Below the pieces are notes generated by a model. The model had not been told where the DNA came from, ran no database searches, and saw only the letters and a list, made by a program, of their open reading frames with translations. Of a DNA stretch of 64,000 bases, positions 20,240 to 29,606 are shown piece by piece. Positions within the stretch are counted from its first letter, which is position 1. Each line of letters begins with the position of its first letter. Source of the DNA: Alphaproteobacteria bacterium (lineage in GTDB: Bacteria; Pseudomonadota; Alphaproteobacteria; Micavibrionales; Micavibrionaceae); the NCBI GenBank assembly GCA_052387095.1, contig JBQTJN010000044.1:310-64309 (forward strand), in the 5' to 3' direction. The translations under genes were made by a program, and so were the position numbers.

Positions 20240-20916
20240 TTCCAAAAGCCATATTTTTTGACTGGGACGGCACGCTGGTCGACAGTTATTCATTTCTTGA
20301 ACAGGGGCATATGCATGTACACGAGCTGTTCGGCATGCCGCCGCTTCAGAAAGATGTTTACCGGCCATGGTTTGGCCAGCCCAAGGATCATGTCTACGAA
20401 CATTTTTATAAAGGCAAAAGACTGGAAGCCGAAACCCATTTCCGCCAGTTTGTCTTCCAGAACACCGCCTGCCTTCTGAAGCCCCTGTCTGGCGCCGGCG
20501 ACTTGCTGAAAACCGCTAAAGACCTTGGCATTGTCATGGGCGTGGTCAGTAATAAACAGGCAGATTTCATAAAACTCGAAATCGCGAATTTCGCTTGGGG
20601 TGAATTCCTTCCTGTGCTGGTCGGGGCAGGGGAGGCACGGGAGAACAAACCTTCAGCCGCCCCCCTGATAATGGCGATTGAACGGGCCCGGATCAAAACG
20701 GACATGGAAAACATCTGGTATGTCGGGGATACGGAGGTGGATATGAAATGTGCGAAAGAAGCCTACTGCCCGGCTGTTTTCGTAACCGGGGGACAGGACG
20801 TGCCGGGGTGGATGGCCAATTATAAGCCCTTCCTAATAAAAGAAAATTGCGCGGAAATTACTGATTTTCTGTTGCAAACGTGTGGAAAATCGCTAAAAAC
20901 TAGCTTGCCGGAGTAG
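20236..20916 (+). CDS. HAD-IA family hydrolase (phosphoglycolate phosphatase-like)
   Basis: FFDWDGTLVDS (motif I), VVSNK (motif II) and YVGDTEVDM (motif IV). The start overlaps the murI stop (ATGA). Confidence 0.85.
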   Translation: MIPKAIFFDWDGTLVDSYSFLEQGHMHVHELFGMPPLQKDVYRPWFGQPKDHVYEHFYKGKRLEAETHFRQFVFQNTACLLKPLSGAGDLLKTAKDLGIVMGVVSNKQADFIKLEIANFAWGEFLPVLVGAGEARENKPSAAPLIMAIERARIKTDMENIWYVGDTEVDMKCAKEAYCPAVFVTGGQDVPGWMANYKPFLIKENCAEITDFLLQTCGKSLKTSLPE

Positions 20917-20965
20917 GGTTTAAGCCCTCGGAGATTTAATTAACTAGAAAAGATAAGGCACTCAA

Positions 20966-21211
20966 ATGGCGGAAAAATTTCAAAGTGTGCAGGACGTATT
21001 CCTGAATGCGATCCGTAAGGAAAAAATGTCTGTGACGGTTTTCCTTGTGAACGGCGTAAAACTGCAGGGGGTTGTCACCTGGTTTGACAATTTCTCGGTG
21101 CTGCTGCGCCGCGACTCCCATGTCCAGTTGATCTACAAGCACGCCATCTCGACCATCATGCCGGGCGGCCCGCTGAACCTGTATGATAATGATGACAAGG
21201 AACAGGGTTAG
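20966..21211 (+). CDS. hfq: RNA chaperone Hfq
   Basis: [39 protein letters not shown]...[11 protein letters not shown] is canonical Hfq. Confidence 0.97.
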   Translation: MAEKFQSVQDVFLNAIRKEKMSVTVFLVNGVKLQGVVTWFDNFSVLLRRDSHVQLIYKHAISTIMPGGPLNLYDNDDKEQG

Positions 21212-21232
21212 TAGAAAACCCGTTCATCTTTA

Positions 21233-22537
21233 ATGGACAAAACTTTCCACGAACCGGAGCCGCCGGCCTGCGCCTATATTGTGCAGCCTGTCGTCTCATC
21301 CGCGAGCCAGCACCGTCATATCGATGATGTTCTGGAGGAGGTCGAGGGACTCGCACGTGCCATAAGCCTGGATGTTGCAGGCCATCGCGTCGTTAAGGTT
21401 TCAAAAATGGATGCCGGGCATTTCCTGGGCAAGGGCAACCGCGCCGCGATTGCCGAAACGGTTGCCGAACTCAAACCGGAACTCGTGATTTTCAATCATG
21501 CGCTTTCACCTGTTCAGCAGAGAAATCTCGAGGAAGAGTGGAACGTCAAGGTCATCGACCGCACCGGCCTGATCCTCGAGATTTTCAGCGCCCGCGCTCA
21601 GACGAAAGAGGGCCGGATTCAAGTTGAGCTCGCCGCGCTCGAATACCGGAAATCCCGTCTCGTGAAAGCCTGGTCGCACCTTGAACGCCAGCGCGGCGGC
21701 ACAACAGGCATCGGCGGCCCCGGCGAAACGCAGAAAGAACTCGATCGCCGCATGATCGAGGACAAAATCAAACGGCTCAAGACCGAGCTTGAAAAAGTGC
21801 GCCAGACGCGCGAACTGGGCCGCAAGGGCAGGGAACGTGTGCCGTTGCCTGTTGTTGCACTGGTGGGTTATACCAATGCCGGAAAATCGACTCTCTTTAA
21901 TACGCTGACCGGAGCAGGGGTATTTGCCGAAGATCTGCCTTTCGCCACGCTCGACCCGACAACGCGCCGCCTGAATCTTCCGAACGAGCAGCAAATCGTG
22001 CTCTCCGACACGGTCGGATTTATTTCTGACCTGCCGACACATCTTGTCGCCTCGTTCCGCGCCACGCTGGAGCAGATCGGTTTTGCCGATGTTATTTTGC
22101 ATGTGATTGATATCACGAAACCATCCTGGAAAGCCGACCGCGAGGATGTCATCAAGGTGCTCGCCGATCTCGGTATTACTTACGAAGAAGATGAGCGCAT
22201 TCTTGAAATCTGGAACAAGGCCGATGCGCTTGAGCCTGAAATGCGCCACGCGCTGCTCAACCGCGCGGGCGCGCGGGAAACAATCCTGATTTCCGCCCTT
22301 AAAGGGGAGGGGCTTGAGGAATTGCTGAAGGCCGTAACGGAGAAAGTCTCAAAAGACCGGCGCAGCATAACATACGAACTGACCTCCGCCGACGGCAAAG
22401 CCCTGTCATGGCTTTATGAGCATGGCGAAATTCTTGAACGGGAAGACCACGAAAACGGGGTGAAAATCAAGGTCAGGCTGGATGAGTATAATATCGAAAA
22501 ATTTGAGAAATATTACGGGTACAGCGCTAAAACCTAA
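21233..22537 (+). CDS. hflX: GTPase HflX
   Basis: Located downstream of hfq. GGPGETQKELDRR, VALVGYTNAGKSTLFN, DTVGFI and NKAD. Confidence 0.95.
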   Translation: MDKTFHEPEPPACAYIVQPVVSSASQHRHIDDVLEEVEGLARAISLDVAGHRVVKVSKMDAGHFLGKGNRAAIAETVAELKPELVIFNHALSPVQQRNLEEEWNVKVIDRTGLILEIFSARAQTKEGRIQVELAALEYRKSRLVKAWSHLERQRGGTTGIGGPGETQKELDRRMIEDKIKRLKTELEKVRQTRELGRKGRERVPLPVVALVGYTNAGKSTLFNTLTGAGVFAEDLPFATLDPTTRRLNLPNEQQIVLSDTVGFISDLPTHLVASFRATLEQIGFADVILHVIDITKPSWKADREDVIKVLADLGITYEEDERILEIWNKADALEPEMRHALLNRAGARETILISALKGEGLEELLKAVTEKVSKDRRSITYELTSADGKALSWLYEHGEILEREDHENGVKIKVRLDEYNIEKFEKYYGYSAKT

Positions 22538-22539
22538 TC

Positions 22540-22623
22540 GTCATCGCGAGCGAACGGAGAGAGCGTGGCGATCCATCCCACTGTAAGCTGGATTGCTTCG
22601 TCGCTACAGCTCCTCGCAATGAC
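22540..22623. repeat. Family-1 palindromic element after hflX
   Basis: GTCATCGCGAGCGAAC...GGCGATCCA-loop-CTGGATTGCTTCG...CTCCTCGCAATGAC. It starts 3 nt downstream of the last base of the hflX stop codon. Confidence 0.8.
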
Positions 22624-22631
22624 GGTTAAGA

Positions 22632-23447
22632 TTATTTTTCCTTCTTTTTCTGTACCCGCCACGCATCTTCCATTTCTTTTAAAGATACATCTTCCAGCGT
22701 CTTGCCCGCGCTCCTGATATCCCGCTCAAGCCCACGGAAACGCCGTTCGAATTTCGCGTTGCACTGGCGCAGAGACTCTTCTGCATCCAGCTCCAGCATG
22801 CGCCCGAAATTCACCAATACGAACAATAAATCCCCGAACTCGTCTTTCATTTTTTCAACCGCGCCGCTTTGCAGCGCTTCGCGCATCTCGGCAATTTCCT
22901 CTTCCAGCTTGTCGAGCGCATGCGCCGGCTTTTCCCATTCGAAACCGGTCTTCGCCGCTTTTTTCAGCAATTTCTGCGCGCGCATCAGGGCAGGGAGGCC
23001 GCGCGCCACCCCTTCCAGCGCACTGTCATCCCTTTTGGCATCCGCACCGCAACCGCCTTCCGCTTTCTTGCGCTCATCCCAGATTTTGTTCACATCTGCG
23101 GGCGTAGACGCCGCCGCATCACCGAACACGTGCGGATGCCGTGAAATCATCTTGGCGGTAATATCGTGAATGACATCCTCGATATTGAACAGCCCGGCTT
23201 CGGCGGCCATCTGCGCGTGGTAAATCGGCTGGAGCAGGAGATCCCCGAGCTCCTCGCGCAGGTCTTTCATATCGCCGCGGTCAATCGCATCCGCCACCTC
23301 GTAGGCCTCCTCGATCGTGTAAGGCGCGATTGAGCGGAAATCCTGTTTTAGATCCCACGGGCAGCCGCCATTCGGATCGCGTAAGCGCGCCATGACACGG
23401 ATCAGGTCTGCGAGGGCATAGCGGCTATTTGACTGGGATTCTAACAT
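22632..23447 (-). CDS. mazG: Nucleoside triphosphate pyrophosphohydrolase MazG
   Basis: GCPWDLKQDFRSIAPYTIEEAYEVADAI, ELGDLLLQ and EFGDLLF indicate tandem MazG domains. Confidence 0.92.
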   Translation of the reverse strand: MLESQSNSRYALADLIRVMARLRDPNGGCPWDLKQDFRSIAPYTIEEAYEVADAIDRGDMKDLREELGDLLLQPIYHAQMAAEAGLFNIEDVIHDITAKMISRHPHVFGDAAASTPADVNKIWDERKKAEGGCGADAKRDDSALEGVARGLPALMRAQKLLKKAAKTGFEWEKPAHALDKLEEEIAEMREALQSGAVEKMKDEFGDLLFVLVNFGRMLELDAEESLRQCNAKFERRFRGLERDIRSAGKTLEDVSLKEMEDAWRVQKKKEK

Positions 23448-23492
23448 CTGTTTGTGTGATAATATATATTATGGAAAATTAAACCATTCATA

Positions 23493-24284
23493 TTAAAGAT
23501 CTATTTCAAAAGCCAGCCCATCATAAGCCGGTTCATAACCGTCGCGCAGTTCCTTTTTTAAGATCCGGTAATCCATCGCCAGGCTCAGGCTGGTAATATA
23601 AACCTGCACGGCGCCGATTTTTTCATTCAGTTCATAAATTTTCTCAAGTCCTGCATGAACCTTGTTGGTCGTGCTTTTATAACCGGCGCCGTCGACGATC
23701 CAGGTTTTGATACCCTTAAGCGTCTCGAGGGCCCGGCCATCCAGGTCGCAGATATCGACCGAATATCCGAAATCGCCGAACCGGAAACCAACCGTGTTGC
23801 AGGTGCCGTGATCCTGATCAAAGGGTGTAAATATAATGTCGCCAACCTGCACGGGCTTTCCGAACTGCTTTTCGTCAATCAGGTGAGATTCCAGAATCGG
23901 CGGGTAAATCTCGCTCTTGCCGCCGCGGAACAGGTAATGGAACCGCACTTCAAGATCATCGAGGCTCCACTTATTCGCATAGATGGGCATGAGTTTTTTC
24001 GCCCGCATACCCAGCGTCCGTAATTCATCAATACCGTTAATGTGATCGCCATGCGCATGCGTATATAAAACTGCATCGATCATTGATATGCCGGCACTAT
24101 TCAGCTGTTCGCGGAAATCCGGTCCAGTATCAATCACAAGGGTCGTGGTTTCGCTCTGCACCGCGAGGCTGCAGCGTGTGCGGCGGTTGCGCGGCTCGGC
24201 CGGGTCGCAGGCGCCCCAGTAATTGCCGATGGCGGGCACGCCCGTCGAATTGCCGCTGCCGAGAACGGTGATTTTTGCTTTCAT
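23493..24284 (-). CDS. MBL-fold metallo-hydrolase (PhnP-like)
   Basis: MKAKITVLGSGNSTGVP...YTHAHGDHINGIDELR. I chose ATG 24284 because it overlaps the tatD stop (ATGA). The longer ORF to 24596 would overlap tatD extensively. Confidence 0.88.
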   Translation of the reverse strand: MKAKITVLGSGNSTGVPAIGNYWGACDPAEPRNRRTRCSLAVQSETTTLVIDTGPDFREQLNSAGISMIDAVLYTHAHGDHINGIDELRTLGMRAKKLMPIYANKWSLDDLEVRFHYLFRGGKSEIYPPILESHLIDEKQFGKPVQVGDIIFTPFDQDHGTCNTVGFRFGDFGYSVDICDLDGRALETLKGIKTWIVDGAGYKSTTNKVHAGLEKIYELNEKIGAVQVYITSLSLAMDYRILKKELRDGYEPAYDGLAFEIDL

Positions 24285-25072
24285 GGAGCTGCCCTGCTGA
24301 AAAGCCGGAAAAAATTGGCCTTGGAATCGGCAGCCATTTTTTCCTCGGATATCCTGTAAACCTCCGCCAGTTTGCGCCCCGTATGCACAACGAAAGACGG
24401 CTGATTGGTTTTGCCGCGGTGCGGCTCCGGCGCCAGATAGGGCGCATCCGTCTCCACGAGAACGCGGTCGAGCGGCACCTTTGCGGCGATATCGCGCAAA
24501 TTCTGCGCCTGCTTGAAAGTGAGAATCCCGGAAAAAGAGATGTAAAAGCCAAGCTCCAGTGCTTCCTCCGCCATTTTCGTGCCGGAGGAAAAACAATGCA
24601 TGACGCCGCGCAATTTTCCCCGCCCCTCTTCGCGGATGATGCGGATAATATCTTCATCCGCATCTCGTGCATGCACAACAATGGGAAGATCCGTTTCCAC
24701 GCAGGCGCGAATGTGTTTGCGGAAACTGGCCTGCTGATCCTCGCGCGTCGAATGATTGTAGTAATAATCGAGCCCGCTCTCGCCAATCCCGATGATTTTC
24801 GGATCAGAATTCGCTAGTGAAACCAGTTTTTCTACGCTGACCGCTTTTTCATCCGGACGGCTGGCCTCGTGCGGATGTGTGCCAATCGTGCACCAGACCT
24901 TCTCGTACTTCTTAACCATAGAGAGAATATGCGGGAATTCGCTTTCGATCCGGCAACAGATGGAGAGCATGCCGTCGACACCGGCACTGCGCGCATTATC
25001 TACAATCGCATCAACTGATCCCAGCGCCGCCAGCTTTTCATGATTGAGATGGCAGTGGGAATCGATCCACAT
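24281..25072 (-). CDS. tatD: TatD-family hydrolase
   Basis: MWIDSHCHLN, IGESGLDYYY, VHARDA and ETDAPYL are canonical TatD. Confidence 0.93.
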   Translation of the reverse strand: MWIDSHCHLNHEKLAALGSVDAIVDNARSAGVDGMLSICCRIESEFPHILSMVKKYEKVWCTIGTHPHEASRPDEKAVSVEKLVSLANSDPKIIGIGESGLDYYYNHSTREDQQASFRKHIRACVETDLPIVVHARDADEDIIRIIREEGRGKLRGVMHCFSSGTKMAEEALELGFYISFSGILTFKQAQNLRDIAAKVPLDRVLVETDAPYLAPEPHRGKTNQPSFVVHTGRKLAEVYRISEEKMAADSKANFFRLFSRAAP

Positions 25073-26625
25073 TACCCGGCGGCCTTCTTTTCTTCGTCCA
25101 TGATGCGGGGGAATATGCCTTCAGGTTTTTCAATCATGGTTCCGGCCTTGATGGCAGATTTAAGATGCGTAAAATCGCGTTGATCGGTCGGGATGTTCAG
25201 CTGATCGAGGAATTTATCGGAAGATTGTGGCATAAACGGCGCAATCAGCAGGCCGAGCGAACGAATAACATCACAAAGCACGTACAAAACCGTATTCATA
25301 CGGGCCTCATCGGTTTTCTTCAGGCTCCATGGCGCCTGCACGTCGATATAAGCGTTGGCATCGTAAACCAGCTTCCAGATGGATTCCAGCGCGCGGTGCG
25401 GCTGGAATTTATCCATCGCTCTTTGCATGTCTGCATGAGCGCGTACGGCATCGCCCATAATTTTCTGATCCTCGGCGGTAAAATTGCCCGGCGCCGGAAT
25501 TTTTCCATCGCAATTTTTATGAATGAAGGACAACGTCCGTTGCGCGAGGTTGCCAAGCCCGTTGGCAAGATCGGCATTGATACGCTGCACCGCCTGCTCA
25601 TGGCTGAAATTCCCGTCATTGCCGAAGGGCACTTCGCGCATCAGGAAATAACGCGTCTGGTCAACGCCATAGCGGTCAACAAGGTCCTGCGGTGCGATGA
25701 CATTGCCCAGCGATTTGGACATTTTCTGTCCTTCGATGGTCCACCAGCCATGTGCGAATACATGCTTGGGCGGCGTAACACCCGCCGCCATCAAAAACGC
25801 GGGCCAGTAAATCGTATGAAAGCGCAATATATCCTTGCCAACGACATGCACATCGGCGGGCCAGAATTTTTTAAAAGATACGGCATTCTCGTCGGGAAAC
25901 CCGGGGGCCGTGATGTAATTCGTCAAGGCGTCAATCCAGACATACATGACGTGCTTGTCATTTCCCGGCACCGGTATGCCCCATGTGAGGCGGGTGCGGC
26001 TGACGGAGAGATCCATAAGCCCGCCTTCGACAAAACTGACCGCCTCGTTGCGGCGCGTCTCCGGCTGGATAAAGTCAGGGTTCTCTTTGTAAAACTTCAG
26101 AAGCTTGTCTTCCCACTGCGACAGGCGGAAGAAATAGCTTTCCTCCTCAACCCATTCGCATTCTGCGCCCGACGGGGCAATTTTTTTACCACCAGGTCCG
26201 TCAGTCAACTCATCTTCACCGTAATAGGCTTCGTCGCGCACGGCATACCAACCGGCATATTTGTCGAGATATATTTCTCCGGCGGCTTCAAGTTTTTTCC
26301 ACAGCGTCTGCGCAGATTTTTTATGACGCTCCTCGGTCGTGCGGATAAAATCATCATTGGAAAAATTGAGCAGTGGCGTGAGTGCGCGAAAATTCTCTGA
26401 AACGGTATCGGTAAATGTTTTCGGATCAATGCCGGCCTTTTCTGCAGCCTGCTGTACCTTCTGGCCGTGCTCATCCGTGCCGGTCAGGAAAAACACGTCA
26501 AAACCGTCTAGACGCTTGAACCGCGCCAGCACGTCGCAGGCCACGCTGGTATAGGCATGACCGAGATGCGGGCTATCATTCACGTAGTAAATGGGCGTGG
26601 TGATATAAAACGGCTTGGCGGCCAT
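25072..26625 (-). CDS. metG: Methionine--tRNA ligase
   Basis: PIYYVNDSPHLGHAYT (HIGH-type motif), KMSKSLGN (KMSKS). Short form without a C-terminal dimerisation domain. Confidence 0.96.
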   Translation of the reverse strand: MAAKPFYITTPIYYVNDSPHLGHAYTSVACDVLARFKRLDGFDVFFLTGTDEHGQKVQQAAEKAGIDPKTFTDTVSENFRALTPLLNFSNDDFIRTTEERHKKSAQTLWKKLEAAGEIYLDKYAGWYAVRDEAYYGEDELTDGPGGKKIAPSGAECEWVEEESYFFRLSQWEDKLLKFYKENPDFIQPETRRNEAVSFVEGGLMDLSVSRTRLTWGIPVPGNDKHVMYVWIDALTNYITAPGFPDENAVSFKKFWPADVHVVGKDILRFHTIYWPAFLMAAGVTPPKHVFAHGWWTIEGQKMSKSLGNVIAPQDLVDRYGVDQTRYFLMREVPFGNDGNFSHEQAVQRINADLANGLGNLAQRTLSFIHKNCDGKIPAPGNFTAEDQKIMGDAVRAHADMQRAMDKFQPHRALESIWKLVYDANAYIDVQAPWSLKKTDEARMNTVLYVLCDVIRSLGLLIAPFMPQSSDKFLDQLNIPTDQRDFTHLKSAIKAGTMIEKPEGIFPRIMDEEKKAAG

Positions 26626-26642
26626 GAAAACTCCAAAAAACT

Positions 26643-27803
26643 CTAAGATGCGATAAGGGCGAAAGCGCCGAGAACAGACTGTCTTTTGTCGAGATTGGCG
26701 ATATCCACCTTATCAAAGTGTCTCTCTAGGTTTTCACAGACTTTTAGAAATTCTTCAAGAGAAGATTTACCGGCAAAATCAATAAAGCCGGGCTGGTTCA
26801 GAGCGGTTTCAATTTTCTGTCTCCGCGCCTTGCTGCTGGCGATCGATGCCAGGATCCACAGCATCAGCTTGCAGAACATGGTATAGGCGGGATCTTTGCC
26901 GCTTGCAGATAATTCATCGCCCAGCGCATGAATCTCCAGCCCGTTCCAGTGCGGCCAGGAATTCCAGATGCTGACGATGCTTTTGAACACGCCGAACACG
27001 TCCTGTTCCAGCGCGCTCAGCGCGTGTCCAAGGCTGCCATCGGCGAAGGATGTCAGGAATGCTGCCTGCTCGCGCGTAATACCAGGCATATGTTTTTGCA
27101 GTGCCTGCAGGAGCACGTCGCCGCCGAGCGGAGAAAAATTGATCATCTGTGTGCGCGAGCGAATGGTCGGGATCAGTGCGCCGGAACGGTGTGCGACCAA
27201 AATCAACAGAACTTTCTGTGGTGGTTCTTCAAGAATTTTTAGAAGCGCGTTTTGCGCGTTGCGATTCATCGTGTCGGCATCGTCTATAATTACAACACGC
27301 CAGCCGCCGCTTGATGCCGTCATGCGCAGGAACGGCGCAACCTTGCGTACACTCTGAACATCGACAGAGTCTTTATAACGGTTTTTAGCTTCATCATAGG
27401 CGCGCTCGATCATAAGCACATCCGGGTGCGCGCCGGTGGCAACCTGTCGGAAAACCGGGTCTTCGCGGGACATATCAAGGTTGGTTGGCGCGGCAGTTTC
27501 TTCGGGCTCGCCGAACAAACCGCCCTGCCCGCCATCATCGTTGCCTTGTTTCAAAAGAAAACGCGCCACCCGGTAGGCCATCGTCGCCTTGCCGATGCCG
27601 AGCGGCCCGGAAAAAACCAGCGCCTGCGGCATACGGCCTGAATTAAAAAGCTCCAGGATTTTCCGCTCATTTTCTTTGTGGCCGAAAATCACATCCATTG
27701 TGCGCGGATGCGTAAACGCCGCGCCGGCGTCGATTTCGCCGCCAAGATCGAAATCATCATCGTCGTCTTCATCGTCGTCACTGAAATCGTCGAAAAGACT
27801 CAT
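26643..27803 (-). CDS. holB: DNA polymerase III subunit delta'
   Basis: MPQALVFSGPLGIGKATMA and RVVIIDDADTMNRNAQNALLKILEEPP, in the tmk-holB-metG order. The first 35 aa are an acidic tract. An alternative ATG at 27698 (MDVIFGH) is possible. Confidence 0.85.
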   Translation of the reverse strand: MSLFDDFSDDDEDDDDDFDLGGEIDAGAAFTHPRTMDVIFGHKENERKILELFNSGRMPQALVFSGPLGIGKATMAYRVARFLLKQGNDDGGQGGLFGEPEETAAPTNLDMSREDPVFRQVATGAHPDVLMIERAYDEAKNRYKDSVDVQSVRKVAPFLRMTASSGGWRVVIIDDADTMNRNAQNALLKILEEPPQKVLLILVAHRSGALIPTIRSRTQMINFSPLGGDVLLQALQKHMPGITREQAAFLTSFADGSLGHALSALEQDVFGVFKSIVSIWNSWPHWNGLEIHALGDELSASGKDPAYTMFCKLMLWILASIASSKARRQKIETALNQPGFIDFAGKSSLEEFLKVCENLERHFDKVDIANLDKRQSVLGAFALIAS

Positions 27804-27808
27804 AATGT

Positions 27809-28456
27809 TTATGCCAGCCTGTTCAGAACGGTCTTGAGAATTTCCGCAGCCATTGCATCGATGCTTTGGGAGGCATCGATAATGACAAATCTCTTTTTAT
27901 CCTTGCGTGCCAATTCAAGAAAACCTTTGTTCACGCGCGCGTGAAATTCTGTTTCCATGCGCTCATACCGGTCTTCGGCTTCCATGTCGTCGGGATCGGC
28001 GGAGAGGCGGTGCTGCGAGCGGGCAATTCCCTCTTTCGGATCAATATCCAGCACAAACGTCAGGTCCGGTTTAAAATCGCCCAGCACCAGCGTATTTATA
28101 TTCTCAATTTCATCCATTGCAAAGCCGTGCCCATAACCCTGATAAGCGCGCGTGGAATCCGAAAAGCGGTCACTGATCACAACTTTGCCGCGTTCCAGCG
28201 CCGGCTTGATGATTTTTTCGACATGCATATGCCGCGCTGCAAACAGGAGCAGACACTCCGCCATCGCCGTCCAACTGCCGCCATGACGCCGCACCAGGAG
28301 TTCGCGGATCCGTTCCGCTTCTTCCGTGCCGCCGGGTTCGCGTGTCGTCAGGACACGGAATTTGTTGTCCGTCAGGCTTTGCGCAAGTTTGTTAATCTGG
28401 GTAGTCTTGCCGCTCCCCTCGCCGCCTTCAAACGTAATGAAAAGTTTTTTCTCCAT
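27809..28456 (-). CDS. tmk: Thymidylate kinase
   Basis: FITFEGGEGSGKTTQ, TREPGGT and DRFSDST. Confidence 0.95.
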   Translation of the reverse strand: MEKKLFITFEGGEGSGKTTQINKLAQSLTDNKFRVLTTREPGGTEEAERIRELLVRRHGGSWTAMAECLLLFAARHMHVEKIIKPALERGKVVISDRFSDSTRAYQGYGHGFAMDEIENINTLVLGDFKPDLTFVLDIDPKEGIARSQHRLSADPDDMEAEDRYERMETEFHARVNKGFLELARKDKKRFVIIDASQSIDAMAAEILKTVLNRLA

Positions 28457-28462
28457 GCGCGA

Positions 28463-29581
28463 TTAGCCTCCGGAAACCAGCAATTTGGCCTTCGCCGGCA
28501 GCATGGCGAAAAATCCGAGCTTCTCGACGGACTCCCCGGCCTGCAGCGGCAGTTCGATTGGTTTCATATTTGGCGCCTCGACAACCAGCATGCCAACCTC
28601 CTGTCCTTTTTGAATCGGCGCAACCAGCGGCGATTTATAGCGCACAGAAATTTTAAACTGGCTGGCAGCACCGTACGGCACGGTAAACTTCAAATCTTTC
28701 GGCGCAACCAACGTAACGGTTTTGCTGTCTCCCATCACCACATTTGCGGTCTCGACCGCCTGCCCGGCCTTGAACAGCTCGGCACTGCGGAAGCTATTCA
28801 GCCCCCATTGAAGCAGCTTGGTCGCTTCCTGCGTACGTTCCTCCATGCTCGCAAGCCCGTTTACTACAAATACCACGCGGCGCCCGCCGGAAATACCGGA
28901 TCCCATCAGGCCATAGCCGGCCTCTTTCGTGTGGCCCGTCTTGATACCGTCGCCGCCCGCCCCTTTGTAAAGGAGTGGGTTGCGATTGCCCTGCTTGATG
29001 CCGTGCCACGTGAAATCCAGCTCGGAATAAACCGGATAATAATTCGCGTGGTTAGAAATCAGCGCCCGCCCCAATATCGCGAGATCGCGGGCGGTTGAAT
29101 AATGCTCCGGGTCCGGCCAGCCGCTGGCATTCATGAAGTGAGAATTTTCCATGCCAAGCTCTTTCGCTTTTGCATTCATTTTATCGGCGAAGCCTTCCTC
29201 TGTACCGGCCAGCCCTTCAGCGAGAACAATGGTCGCATCATTGCCGGATTGGATAATCACACCCTTGATCAGGTCTTTGACGGGAATGGTGGCATTCAGT
29301 TCCACGAACATTTTCGATCCTTGGATATTCCAGGCTCTTTCACTGACCAGGAATTTGTCTTCCATGGTGATCGTGCCTTTATCGAGCGCATCAAACACGA
29401 GGTAGGCGGTAAGAACCTTGCTCATCGACGAGGTTGGCATTTTCTCATCGGCGTTTTTCTCGAGCAATATCGCGCCGGTATCGTAATCAACGACAATCGC
29501 TTGGCGAGCCAGGGTTTCCATCTGCGCATAGGCAGGCGCGGCAAGCGTTAAAATAAAAGCAGATAACAGGAAAAAACGCAT
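28463..29581 (-). CDS. dacC: D-alanyl-D-alanine carboxypeptidase (PBP5/6 family)
   Basis: Signal peptide, SMSK (SxxK), QSGND (SxN), KTGHT (KTG), and a C-terminal PBP5 domain. Confidence 0.9.
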   Translation of the reverse strand: MRFFLLSAFILTLAAPAYAQMETLARQAIVVDYDTGAILLEKNADEKMPTSSMSKVLTAYLVFDALDKGTITMEDKFLVSERAWNIQGSKMFVELNATIPVKDLIKGVIIQSGNDATIVLAEGLAGTEEGFADKMNAKAKELGMENSHFMNASGWPDPEHYSTARDLAILGRALISNHANYYPVYSELDFTWHGIKQGNRNPLLYKGAGGDGIKTGHTKEAGYGLMGSGISGGRRVVFVVNGLASMEERTQEATKLLQWGLNSFRSAELFKAGQAVETANVVMGDSKTVTLVAPKDLKFTVPYGAASQFKISVRYKSPLVAPIQKGQEVGMLVVEAPNMKPIELPLQAGESVEKLGFFAMLPAKAKLLVSGG

Positions 29582-29606
29582 AATTATAAAATCCTCGCTT
29601 TAAAAA

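Noticed and set aside
23493-24596. The long form (367 aa) of the MBL-hydrolase ORF extending over the 3' end of tatD, and the 218-aa ORF at 24130-24786.
   Set aside because: The extension is Arg/Gly/Ala-rich junk overlapping tatD coding sequence. The ATG at 24284 overlaps the tatD stop in the usual ATGA coupling and yields the canonical MBL N-terminus.
25165-26400. A 411-aa plus-strand ORF opposite metG. Similar long antisense ORFs lie at 27866-29098 (opposite tmk/dacC), 8869-9942 (opposite lpdA), 19304-20368 (opposite murI), 1887-2732 (opposite eno) and 62980-63988 (opposite the M23 peptidase gene).
   Set aside because: Each overlaps a gene with canonical motifs on the other strand. Their translations are low-complexity and Arg/Gly/His-rich with no family resemblance. 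I treat them as shadow ORFs.
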